Of a stretch of 64,000 bases of DNA, positions 39,601-52,500 are shown piece by piece. Source of the DNA: Ylistrum balloti (Eukaryota); contig NW_026782845.1 of NCBI RefSeq assembly GCF_031769215.1, forward strand, positions 186,001-250,000. The letters run 5' to 3'. The position numbers and the translations under genes are program-made. Position 1 is the stretch's first letter. Each line of letters opens with the position of its first letter. The notes under the pieces are model-generated. The model was not told where the DNA came from and made no database searches. It saw only the letters and a program-made list of their open reading frames with translations.

Positions 39601-42600
39601 ATCACATACACCGCTGTAAATTACGGGGCATAAATGATAAACAGAACAAGGTTCTCGTCCTTTGTTTATATCTGATGTCCAAGATTGGAACAAAAGACGC
39701 TTTCTCTTCCGAAACACCTGGTGTATTTTCAGAGTTTTCTGTGTAGACATTTGTTGTTTCTTTTTTTCAGTTTGGTATGACATATTGGTATTTTCTTGTT
39801 TTTTTAAGAACAGATTTTCAACGATTGTTGTCAGTATGTTTTTAAGGACGTTTTAAATGCTTACCTATTTAGAAAAGCCTCTGAGAAATCTAAAGGGTAT
39901 ATATTCCAGTTATGTATCGCTTGTCCATCCAAAAGAATGTCGGTATTGATACCTACCAAATAAATCATTATAATATTTAGATAAGTTATCAATATTATCA
40001 TTATATCATTTACGTTATCAGACATCCCTAGGAAATCGGTTTACTCGGAATCAGGTACCATAATAACAGTATAATTGTATCAAGATGTTGAATAGAGGTT
40101 CTTATACCACAACCAGCGAGATATTTATATCGTAGTTGACACGTTCTGGGTTTTCCACCAGTATACACACTTCCATACCCTAGTCAAAACAACCATGATG
40201 GTGACAAATACAGTCGAAACTCGTCATCTCGAAATTCAAGGGACAGTAGAAAATATTTCGAATTATCTGAAATTCAACTCAAACGAAGTGTATAAATAAG
40301 ACGATATCGGTTTCCTGACGTTGATTACGGTTGAAAGAAGTAGGGCTACGATAGCATGCAAACAGCGTAGTTTAATCTGTTTTTGAAAAGACAGTTAATA
40401 AACAAATGAATTTAATTCTTCTTTCTCCTTTTTTGTTTATTCATCCAAAAACAAAGCATGTAATAACAACTCCAATCAAATGCATTTGTACTCATGTCGT
40501 TCCTTCTCGCATACGTGTTCAGTATCCTTACTGACCATGCACATATATATCATATATTTTACGGGATGACAATAAAACGAAATTAAAATTTGCTTTCGAT
40601 ACGCCACAATAAACGATGTATAAAGCTATAGTTCATATAAATAGGACTTTATTACGAATAAATAAACATATGGAAAACGCGACGCTGGAAAATTTTTACC
40701 TGTTAAAAATATTGTACAAGCGCTAGACTGAACAAATCACACACAAATATAGACTCTATCCATGAAAAATGCTTTCAGAACTTCATTGTCCAAACACTAA
40801 ATCTAACAAAGTTCACGATCACAATCCCTTAGTGAGCAAGCTTAAAGTTAGTTTCTCTCGGAATTGTGTGGGGATCAGATTTCCGCTTTTCGTTTTTATC
40901 GTTCCTGAAAATGCACACAACCAAGCTAAATGTTTTCTTCATGTTTTGTGTAAAAGTTTTTTAACGAACATGAAAGTCACTGCTACATAATGGTGACACT
41001 ATTTAAGAAGACGAATATTTTAATTGGGTAATTAAACTGGCAATGAATCGTCACATACAAAGTGTGGTGTGCACGATGGACAACCGATACGCCGTTATTA
41101 GCCATATATTACGCACAGGTGAATTTCTACTTTGTGTTTGTATTGACTGATTTCGTTTGAAGACTTGCCGATGTTTTGGCAAACATATATTTCGAGATAA
41201 CGAGTGACTTTTCCTTTGCTTTACAATGAAAGGGACTGAAAATTCACTCCGTCTCAACCGAAATATCGACTTAATGCAATTCGAGTCATCCGAAGTAAAA
41301 TTACAAAGATATAGAAGGACAAAAATGGGGACTTAATACTTCGACTCAAACGGAAGTTCGACTCAAGCGATTTCGAGACAACGAGTTTCAACTGTATAAA
41401 AAAAATGTTAAGAGATTCATGAATATGTGTATCTTTAGTCCAATCTATATATAGTTTTAGGGATACAATTGTTATTTCATATTTTATATTGATTATTAAA
41501 TACTATCAATTTACTATATATAATATTTTCTCATATAACTAACATCATTGGTCACGTCAAAAGAAAAAGAAATTGATGTTAAGAAACGTTACAAACAAGA
41601 CACTGAATAATAATCAACAATAAAATATCTGTCTGAGATACACTGCATCAAACTGACTCTGCAAGACTTAAACAGACACAATACGAACGTACCCTTCCGC
41701 TGTTCATTAAAGAACTTGTATGGCATCATAGCGTAGTTGACACGACCTCGGTTTTCCACCAGTATTCCTAATTTCATATCCTAGTCAAAACAATCATGAC
41801 CATGACCAATATTGTAAACTTCAGTAATACTTCCTGTACATTTATTCATTTATTTTTCATTTTAAAACGCCATTAATAATTACACTTATCAAACAACTTA
41901 TTAAAAATCAGTTCCTATCAGTTTCCTAGTTTAGGAAAAAGCTCAGATGTAGAGGATTCTGTCGTGGTCTTGATTTCAAATGGGATGTGTAAATACGATG
42001 ACATGGTAAAAAATGTCTTGTAAAATCAATTTAAAAAATAATCTCTATATGCCATGGGTGAAACAGAATGAAGTGACAACGTCTTTGCTACTTGTGTGAG
42101 TTTTCATATGAATCCAGGTTCGTGTGAAAACAAGGATCAATTTCAGTATGGCGAAAGCAAAAGCATAATCCAATCAATTTACTACATGTAATGAATCTGA
42201 ATATGAAAACAATATTTATCTCATTACCTGTCCTTTTGTTGGAGGTGGAGGTATAGACACTGTGAGGTCGGGATCATTAGCATCATGTGTAGCCAGTGGA
42301 ATATCGTCCAAAAATATCTAGACAGTAGAGATAACTCTGTTTAACGACAACATTAAAACATATCAAATGAAAAAAACCGGTCTCAATTCTATTAAAAGAT
42401 TATATTTTTTTCCATTTTTATTTTCAGAATACGAAAACATTCCTTATTGTCCCTTATTGTTAGACTTAAACATATACATTAATGCAGATGTTTTCAAATG
42501 TATTGTCTAAAGGGAAAACATATTTTGAAATAATTGTTGTAGATTTACAAAAACGTAGGAAATGTTAAAGTCCCGTGTTAAAATATCTAAGTAATGGCAA

Positions 42601-43922
42601 TATTTCAACATGCTTACCAGCATTACTTTATCAGTGCAAATCAGCTTACTGATATCGTATTCGTATGAAAACGTGTACATTTGAAAGAATGAAAATCTAA
42701 CAACACCAGAGGAAAACAGCGAGAGGCAAAACGTTCAACAGACGTGGAAACAAATTCATTATCATATTGATGTCTGTTACAATAAATAAACAAAGAAAAT
42801 ATCAACATGTCGTCAGAAAGTTTATTGAAAGTCAAATTCCATGTAACTAGGAAAAAGTATAAGTAGAATAATAATTCATCAACGCCGTCCGCCATGTAAA
42901 TTTTGGTCATTGTAATAAAATATAAAAGTAACAAACACAAAGGAAGTTGATATTAATGGAATCTCGTGCTCAAATGCTACTCATTACACATGTTCTCATA
43001 TTTTGGAATCGTCTACATAACATTGCCTTTATAAAACAAATATGTTACTGAATAAGGACGGCTCACCTCATTTCTATCAGTAGGGGTGCTTTTGAAGGTG
43101 AGGTTCCCGTTATCCGATATTCGTGTAGAGTAGTAGATGTACCCAAAATTCTGTCCATAACCGTTGTCTTTCCACACCAGAGCTTCCATACAAATAGGAT
43201 CCACACTAGTAAGTGGATTCTGTTAAATAATGGAGTGTGCAAAAAGAAATCAGACCAGAATATATATTTTTAAACTCGAAAACAACATTGAATTGTAATA
43301 TCACTCATATAGATTTTGTATACCAATTTAAAATTAGCATTAGGTTTACAGCTATTCCGGAATGAATAACATGACTGCCTGTCCAGTTCTAAGAACCCTG
43401 AAAGCAGAGATTTCGATATCGAAATTACAGCATTAATGGTTTGTCCCGTTTTCAAACATTGGCGCGTTATACCATCTCAGCATATGTCTTTTAATACATT
43501 AGTTTAAATTCCATTTTAGAGTTTTGTCGCTAAAAAAGTTTTGGATTGCAGCACCATTGCATTACCAGGAAATATATCTCTGCAATATAATTGACCTACC
43601 TCCACAAAGCTGATGATCTCCTGAAGTCCCATGAAGTCCTGAATGGCGATTACCATTGGACCTAGATGATTTAAGACGCATGAGTATCTTCAGAAATATT
43701 TTTAAAAAAAGAACTCGCATAGCTATAACCCCATCACATTATCGTTTTTTATGTAAATCTATCGAGGGATTAATGTCTTGAAGGGATCTTGAAATCTCTT
43801 GTACACAAGGTATTTATTTCATAAGTGATCAAGGGCGAAATTCTACCTTTAACCTTGACCGTTGACCATGTGTAGACCTTGGTGATGCTATGGTGTGAAT
43901 TTGTCCATGGGTTCACGATATA

Positions 43923-43959
<37 letters not shown>

Positions 43960-46900
43960 TGCACAGACAAAATGAATACTATGTACTTTCTTACTGGAGT
44001 GAGTGGCATAATATCGTCATTTTATCTCAACACCCATCTGGCCCCCAACCCTCAAAAAAGCCTTACAGGAAGTCCCCCGAAAGGATACAGGGATATTTGA
44101 TAAACTATGATAAAGCTGGGTTAGGGTATATTGATGGTACTAGAGGATATATATGTTGGGCAAATCCTACAGCCGCATATTCAATTATATCAGGTTTACC
44201 GTTTGTTGCACAATCAAGCAATATGTTTTAAACACATACTGTTTAAACTTCGCAAGTTAGTTAGTTGTCAGATACACAAGATTTAAGACTCACAAAAAAG
44301 TAGAGAGTAATGAAAACTTTGAATGTAAGAACCGAGTGTTTCTTAAGGCTAAGCAACATCCCGCTTTATCTAAAGATAAAATTGTGGTCTGTCTGAATAA
44401 TGTCATCTTATCAAACTTTTCCTGACGAAAGTGACAATGTTGTCATCGAAACATCAAATGTATTTCCTTACAGATTGTGGTATAACAGTTTCCACTCTTA
44501 ATAATATTCTCTTGCATACAACAATTTTCATGCAAATGTAGTCATAACATTTTTGTTTTTAAGGTTAATATTCACATTTTGAATAGTTATCCTTTGAAAA
44601 TTTGAAGTGATATCAATTAAACAAAATGCAAAGTTATTGATCATAAGTATAACTTATATTTCTAAATCACTGTATCAATGTTTTATAATGCTTAATGGCT
44701 GTCAAACTCAGTAACTCAACTGTTGTGACTTTGATAATCATAATGAAATAAATGTATTCGATATTCACCTAGATAGCTATCTCTGTTTGTTGGTACAGGG
44801 TCAGGAATGGAAACATTGTCTGCAAGAAAGTATATTGGCAGTCGATATATGTTCAAACAGCACACCCTGAAGAAAGGCGTCCTGTGGTCAGAAAGAGATA
44901 GATTTATGTTGCATAAAACCAATATACCAAAGGTAGCCTAAATCGTCTGCAATAATTGCAATACAATGCATATGACTGACTGTCTGTAATTCTATCAATG
45001 CCTGAAATCGTTTGTTTAAATCATTCACAAGTAATAAGATCCTAAACATAAGAGCTATCAACATAACTACAAACAATAAAAACCCCTTTATCTCTTAATC
45101 TATCAGCTACTAAATTAGCTCCATTTTAATTTTTTTTTTCTAATTCATTATACAATTCACAGTTTATCAAAATCTCCTACATCTACCACCACATTACCTG
45201 TCTCATATTTTATAACTATCTACAAAAGTTTTTTTTTCAATTCATTGTAAACCTCCTATTTTAATGTGTATCCAAATATAAATTCCACAAATCATATTCG
45301 ACATTTTTGTTATAACTTGAAACATTTCTTTCAAAATCCACTCACTTAGGTAATTTTCAACACCAATTTGATATGGTTATTTGTTATTTCACCAGAGATG
45401 TGAACTTTAACGACGCAGTATAGTGTGGATTAGATAGCAATATCGTTCAAATTTTCGCTAAATGATATAATAAGTAAAAGGGACCTGGCCCCACTTGTAT
45501 AAAACATCTCAACTTGAGATTTCCTCAAGCCCAGATTTCCCTCAGCTAATATCTCCTTGAAAATATCTTGTATGAAAATTCCTCAAGGAATTTCAGGACA
45601 TCCTAGCCGATGCAAGCCGTTTTTGAGGAGATATCAGCTGAGGAAAATCTCGGCTTGAGGAAATCTCAAGTTGAGATGTCTTATACAAGTGGGGCCTGGT
45701 GATTACCTTGGGCTGATAGAGATATTGTTCGGATTAAATCTCTAGCGGCAAAATATTTCTGTGTCAGTTGTCCGTCCTCACTGACAAGTGTGTCATAATC
45801 TGAAATAGTTTTGTCATCATGAACCTATTCACCTGTCCATTGTAAAATTAAAAATAAGAACTGAATTAAAAAAACAGGAATGAAGATACGTATACATATG
45901 ATGAAACATATTTATCTTCGTAAAACGATTTAATATGATAATATTCATGTGCATTATGCTGAAAGTATTTTCAGAATTAATACCAATATATTCATAGTTT
46001 GTGTTGTGAAAGTTTTTAAGCTAAAGTTCAGATGACTACAGTAACCGCCATGAAACTTTTGTATTTAACATTGAATTATCTATATTGAGTATTGTTAAAT
46101 GTTTATAGTTAACATTAAAACACTTACATCAGATATGGTTAAACCTTTGCAGTTATCATTAAGATAGAAATCTTCAGTGTTGATATTTACACACACATAC
46201 TGTTTTGAAGAGTCAGCGAATAATTTCAAAAATTGCATTGAGCAAAATCTGAGTCCTGGGGGCGGTCAAATATTGGTACACTGAACACACAATTAACAAT
46301 TACAATTAACATGGATGCTTCATACCGTATGACGTCACGTCGGACTGATAACCATCTTTCTCAATGTTGGCTCCGGAAGTAAAGCCGAAGTTAGTTCCTC
46401 CGTGAAACATATAAACATTGACAGAGGCGCCATCATCTAATAAACTCTTTAGTGTATTTCTAAAGACTAAAATAAAGACAATAGACAATCTTTGTAGGTC
46501 CTGTATACAAGAATTATTTTAGTTTCCATTAAATACATTAATGCAATCAGCTAGGTTTACTGAGGGATGCATTTTCTAGAGAAATTGCTATTTAAATGTA
46601 CCGGTAGCAATATTGTATTTAAAGTTGCTGTAGCTGTGTTTTAGCGATTTGGTGATAAATTTCTAAAGTCGTCGAAGTCGTCATCACAAAATACTACTGA
46701 AAAAATCATTAATTTTCTTGGGGATTTATTAGGCTTGATTTCAATGTTTCAATCCAAGAATGCATATGATAACGAACTGTTAAAATAAGTTTTAAGTTAA
46801 AATAAGTACATTTATATTTCTCCATGAAATTAAATGCTCTCGAAAATTGAGCCCATTGACAATATATGATTTTTCAGTTTTGTTACTTTCAGGGATGAAA

Positions 46901-49504
46901 AATTCTTCAATGACTCTTTCAAAGAATTACACCGTTACAGTGTGATCAACACAGAGTTTTATATTGAATTTTGATAACTATGTACATATATTCCTAAACG
47001 AATTATTCAAAAGCGTTTATTATCTACCATAGCTAGCAGAGCAAAAATGTTCTCCCAGCAACTATTGTCAGAGTATTGTCCCGTGTCATCACTGAAGTGT
47101 TTTATTTCTCGGTATGAATTATATTATTGCATTCAGGGGCGTAGCTTCCATAGAAAGAAAAAGCACGGGCTAACACATAAAAAAAATCCATGCACAGAAT
47201 ATGTCGGACAAAATTACAAACTAAGGTTGAAAATAAATATCTAATAAATAAAAAAAATTTAGATATTTATTTATAAATAGACAATTGTTGAATAACTAGG
47301 CTTAGTGCTTTGCTTTCCGGAACTTTATACATGTCATACTATTCTACTTCTTACTATCATTTCAACGTTTCCGATTATAATGTTGTTAAAGTGCAAATTT
47401 TCAAAAAGAAGAAGGCTTCTGGATTACAAACGTCGATTGATAAGTTTTTCAAACAAAATAGAGTCTTTTATTTAGTCAGGGGTTGAAGTTCGTTGTTAAA
47501 TAAATAAAAAAACTGTCTCAGAAAACGATTCAAAACATCTTTGAAATCATGAAATTCATTTTCGGTCGGGGGGCTTCGCCCCTGGCATTCATACCGCTTT
47601 AGATACCTTTCGCTTGTGTGCATTTCCTTTGCTAGCTTTTAACAAAATACAAGACCCCGGTTTCTTTAACAAAAATGTATACTGTAAAGAGTTTTCTTGA
47701 TATGAGCTCTATTTTTCAATATTTTTAGGGTGAAAAATACAGATGTGACTTGAAAATAAGACATTTTTAAAGCAGTTTTATTTATAGTAACATAGTTTGA
47801 GTACGTGCTCTAAAATCGACAAATCAATCATGTTGCATATACAAACCATCTACAGCACGAGTATTGTGTCCTTGACCCCAGTGATCGAACCAGCCCGACC
47901 AGAACTCCGTGACCACCAATGGAAAGTCTTCGCTCATTCGCAGGATCTTTAGAAATAATCCGTATCCTTGGTGAATATCCGCAAAGTTGGCCGTCGGAAG
48001 GGCTTCTATTTCAGAAGTAAGCCATCATGTTATATACATATCTATTCATTGTATAACTACCCAGCTATTAGAGCAATAACACCTATTACATATCTTTTAA
48101 GACACACGTGTAAGATTTCCTGATGAGCTGTGCTTGGCGGAAGATTCCACGGTGTCGATTAAGAACTGAAGTTATGCGATGAATATAATCTGGCCATTTT
48201 ATATGACATTTATGAATCTTGTCATGAGGTTTGGTTCATTGAAAAGATCTACAACTCCTTTCCGAAATCTTATATAACGGAAACTGATGTCACATCCTCT
48301 ATGATACAAGTATATAGAACAGTAAAAAAATCATGATTGCATTACACATTCATTATTCAAACAGAAACTCTTTCATCAAGTTTTGTAGGAAAGAAAAATG
48401 AAATAAGGCGACCGCCAAACTACATACTTAACTGATACACACAGTGAGATAATATTAAGGAGGATATTGTACCTGTGTAAAACGGAGCACGATCTAAGCC
48501 TGACATATTGTACGCTAAGTAGCTGTCCGAGGTGAACAACATCTCCACAATACCATTCTTTAACAGCAACTGAAAGTTAAGTATATGAATGTTTAAATGC
48601 AGCAATTAACACATGACGTCTTTTATCTTGAAACTTTACGAAGTTCACTCGGAAAATTTGATATAGTTTTGTTCATTTCATACAAACAATGGTACGGTGT
48701 TATGTATCGAATTGCGTTTTACTTGCAGTTTAGGTATACATACATTTTGGGACTCCAAAAGGTTGATTTTCCCTTCGCATTTTATGTAATTTAAACCGGG
48801 ACACTTTCTTCCGGATTTGTTTTCTGTTTTTGTTTGTTTTGTTTTTTTTTTTTTACATATATTTGACTTATTTGTTCTTAAATATGAAAACATTTTGAAG
48901 ATTTCTTTTCATCAACTACAACCAAAAGCTTTGTTTAAGAAATGGCTCTATTTCCTGGTTGTAGCATATCTTAAACATTGACACAATGGAAACATTTTAT
49001 GTTAGTTATACTATACAAACAAGAAACGAAAATGTCGGTTGTCAGTTTTCAATACCTGTTTTAGGAAGGCCAGGTGTGAAACCTCGTTGCTGTAGGATCC
49101 AAACTCGTTCTCAACCTGCACTGCGATGATTGGACCCCCACGACTGAACTAAAATAGGTATAAATACGACGGCATTTTATATAACCCTGGTTTCCAATCA
49201 GTCCCCAGTAACTGNNNNNNNNNNNNNNNNNNNNNNNNNNNNNNNNNNNNNNNNNNNNNNNNNNNNNNNNNNNNNNNNNNNNNNNNNNNNNNNNNNNNNN
49301 NNNNNNNNNNNNNNNNNNNNNNNNNNNNNNNNNNNNNNNNNNNNNNNNNNNNNNNNNNNNNNNNNNNNNNNNNNNNNNNNNNNNNNNNNNNNNNNNNNNN
49401 NNNNNNNNNNNNNNNNNNNNNNNNNNNNNNNNNNNNNNNNNNNNNNNNNNNNNNNNNNNNNNNNNNNNNNNNNNNNNNNNNGATGAGGTATTGGTTCATG
49501 GTGG

Positions 49505-49560
<56 letters not shown>

Positions 49561-52500
49561 CAATGGTTCATGATGTTGATGATATTCTACAAAAATTCTA
49601 CAAAAAAGATAAAATACGTTTGTGAAGAAAGTGTGTCTTCGGCCATATGTATGTTAGAAATGGGTCTCCTTTTTGTCCTCGTAACATTGATTGAATTTTG
49701 ATAGTTATTTTGTTGACATGTTGGTATCTATTTTCTTGCTCTTGTAGTGACAATGTGTTCTATATATAACTGAGTGCCAGCATGAATGCCAATAAAACAG
49801 GCCAAAGATGTATATACATTGTAAAGGGCTATCTAACCTGGAGGTCTGCTACCTCTTTTAGGAGCCTTGTGAAATAGCGTTCTACAGCTTGAGTGTATCG
49901 TGGGTAGTTACTACGAACCGCCATGTTTGGATCCTTCAGAAGCCAGCTAACGAACAATAAAGCGACATGTATTATCACAAATCACTTGTTATTTCATATG
50001 TTATCAGTTATTAATGTTATTATCACAAGCACCTTATATCTCTATATTCATATATGACTATCACAGATCAGATGTCAAATAGTATTACAGTTTTTCCCTA
50101 GTTAATTTGAGTATCCAATGTAGATAATAGTGTCTTTAATAGTTTCTTTTCGAACAAACTTATCCACAAATATTGTTTTGCATCTGTCAACGGTGTCTTT
50201 TTCCAGTCACGAAGAATGAGGTATCTAACAACCAATTCCTTTTCTGTAATATGTTTAAGAGCGGATGTAGAACAGTTTTTCGATATTTTCAAATCAATTG
50301 AAATTTTTGTCATATTGAAAATCAAAACAACTTGATATCTCAGTATCATATAAATTTCCGTAACATGTTTATTTATCATTCAGTCGGAAATAGTGTAGGA
50401 CTTCGACGATCCCTACTCGGAACAGTTTGTGTATAGAGACGGATCGCTCTTGGTGTAGTTTTTTGTCCTTCAGCATAACGCTTCTATATATGTCAGGGGT
50501 CCCGTATGTTATTGAGTAAGGTAGTCACCATTTACCAGCGACACCACCTCAATTACTCAGCAAAAGAAAGCTTAGAAATAATAACTTGAAACTTGAAGTT
50601 TGAAAATGTATCACAGTTAACAGCACACCAAAGTGATTGTCGTCCTTAACATATCTGATCTTTCTTTTACAAAGTATTATCCAGATAGGATGTCCCTTAA
50701 AATTGTTCTCAGTTGTTAACTCAAAATATTATGTATCATACACCACTGGTATGCATAGAAAATAAATAGTTATTTATATTAACTTAAGATAAAACATTTA
50801 TGTATATGCATTTGAAAAGAATAAAATAAACACGACAAATGTATTCTGCTAACGTCAGCGGGATACATTTGTCGAAGTGATTTTATTCTTTTCAAATATA
50901 TCATCGATAAACAAAGTATCTTTAAGTAACATATACATATGTGTTTGATCGTAGATACAAAGAAAATATCTATACAAACCCTTTTTAAAATTCAATTTTT
51001 ACTAATCACACTTCACTTCAAAGAGTGCGTGGGTTCTTGCAATGTTTCCGTGTTGGAAGAGGTTATATTTTACGATGCGAACGAGAAAACGTACAGGTTA
51101 TGACAGAACATATCTTACCTAGGTAAACCGCCAAACTCCCACTCAGCACAGATAAAGGGTCCAGGTCGGAAACTTACATATAGATCAAGTTCGTGTGCAA
51201 TTTCGATAAAACGCCTAAAAAAGAAAGTTTTTTTTTCTTAATTAAGTTCCAGTTTCGTTTAAGATATTATAAAATGTGGAACTAAAGTAAATTTAAAAAT
51301 AATAAAAACCGAGACATTGTGGAATCTCTTAATTGTGTTTTTCAAACACCAGATAAATATGTAGACATGTCAAATTGATCGAAATAATCGATTTGTTTAT
51401 TTTCAAAGTGTGTGCTAATATTGTGACGTGGAAACCGAGGACCTTTATCAAAATATAGCATGGAAAGTGTGTGATAATATTCCGGGGTCCTTTTCCAACA
51501 CTGAATATGGAACAGGGATCGGACATAAAAAAGTACAAGGAATATATGTCATAATATTTCGGGTCCATTTTTCAACGTTGAATATGGAACCGGGTCATTT
51601 ATTAAAGCAAAGAATGTGTGTTAATATTCTGAGCTCTTTTTCAATGTTGAATAAGAAACCATGTGCTTTCACGACACCTCTTCGGACACTCGCCTATCTT
51701 CTTGCCCAGTCTGGGATTACACAATGCCTATTGATATAAGGCAGCTAAGGTTAACCCCACATTGGCTTTTTATTATAATTACTTAAAAAATAATCTTTTG
51801 TTCATTTTACGGTTTTTGTAACTGTAAGATATGTTTTTAATTTCATTTCATAAATAAATACAAAGTCACCCTCTCTGTAAGGTTGGCCTTTTCGTTCATA
51901 CTCATTGTTGTGTCGTTTCTTGTCGTAGTGTGCAGATACATAAATCTCTCTATTGTGTTCGAATTGGTGTCTTCAACAACTGTTTACAGTCCGCCAGCTT
52001 TGCGAAGTACGCGACTGTTCCCGACATCTTGTGTATCACAATACTCTTATTTCTTCTACATGTTCTAGCGTTTTACGCGCATGTGCATGAAAATGCTCTA
52101 ATATTTGCATGTGTGCAAAATTTTATCAATAGCTCCAAAAGATTTGGTTAACTTCTTTCAAAAGGCCATTCTTAATCCGTGTCATTTATTTTCTACTCTT
52201 ATCGGCACGGGTAACCAAACCTAACCTGTCTCTTTCTCTCTCAGTCTCCTTCCCTCCCCTCACCTCCCCTCAAACCAGACTTCCCACTCCGAACTGTATT
52301 TAAATATATTCTTTGATAAGTTTTGTAATATTTCAATTCATGGCCTTTACAATTTCTGTCTTCATGCCATATTATAAGTAAATTAGATAACTCAAGGAAA
52401 CAGATTTCTATAAGGTTTTTTTTTTTAAACTTGTTTCCGAATCCTATTCCAATGTACGTTATCTGTATTGTTATGTATGTGAAATGGAATAGGATAAAGT

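Noticed and set aside
43959-44231. 90-aa plus-strand ORF in a beta-galactosidase intron
   Set aside because: No recognisable motif or splice support; it follows a (CA)n run and is likely repeat-derived.
48105-48160. CTGATGA-GC...GC-GGAAG within a weak hairpin (hammerhead-like)
   Set aside because: GAAA is absent and no stem III or NUH triplet can be drawn; at best an unrecognisable relic.
49149-49701. Poly-His, poly-Ile and poly-Met ORFs
   Set aside because: They arise from the (GAT)n microsatellite plus the N gap.
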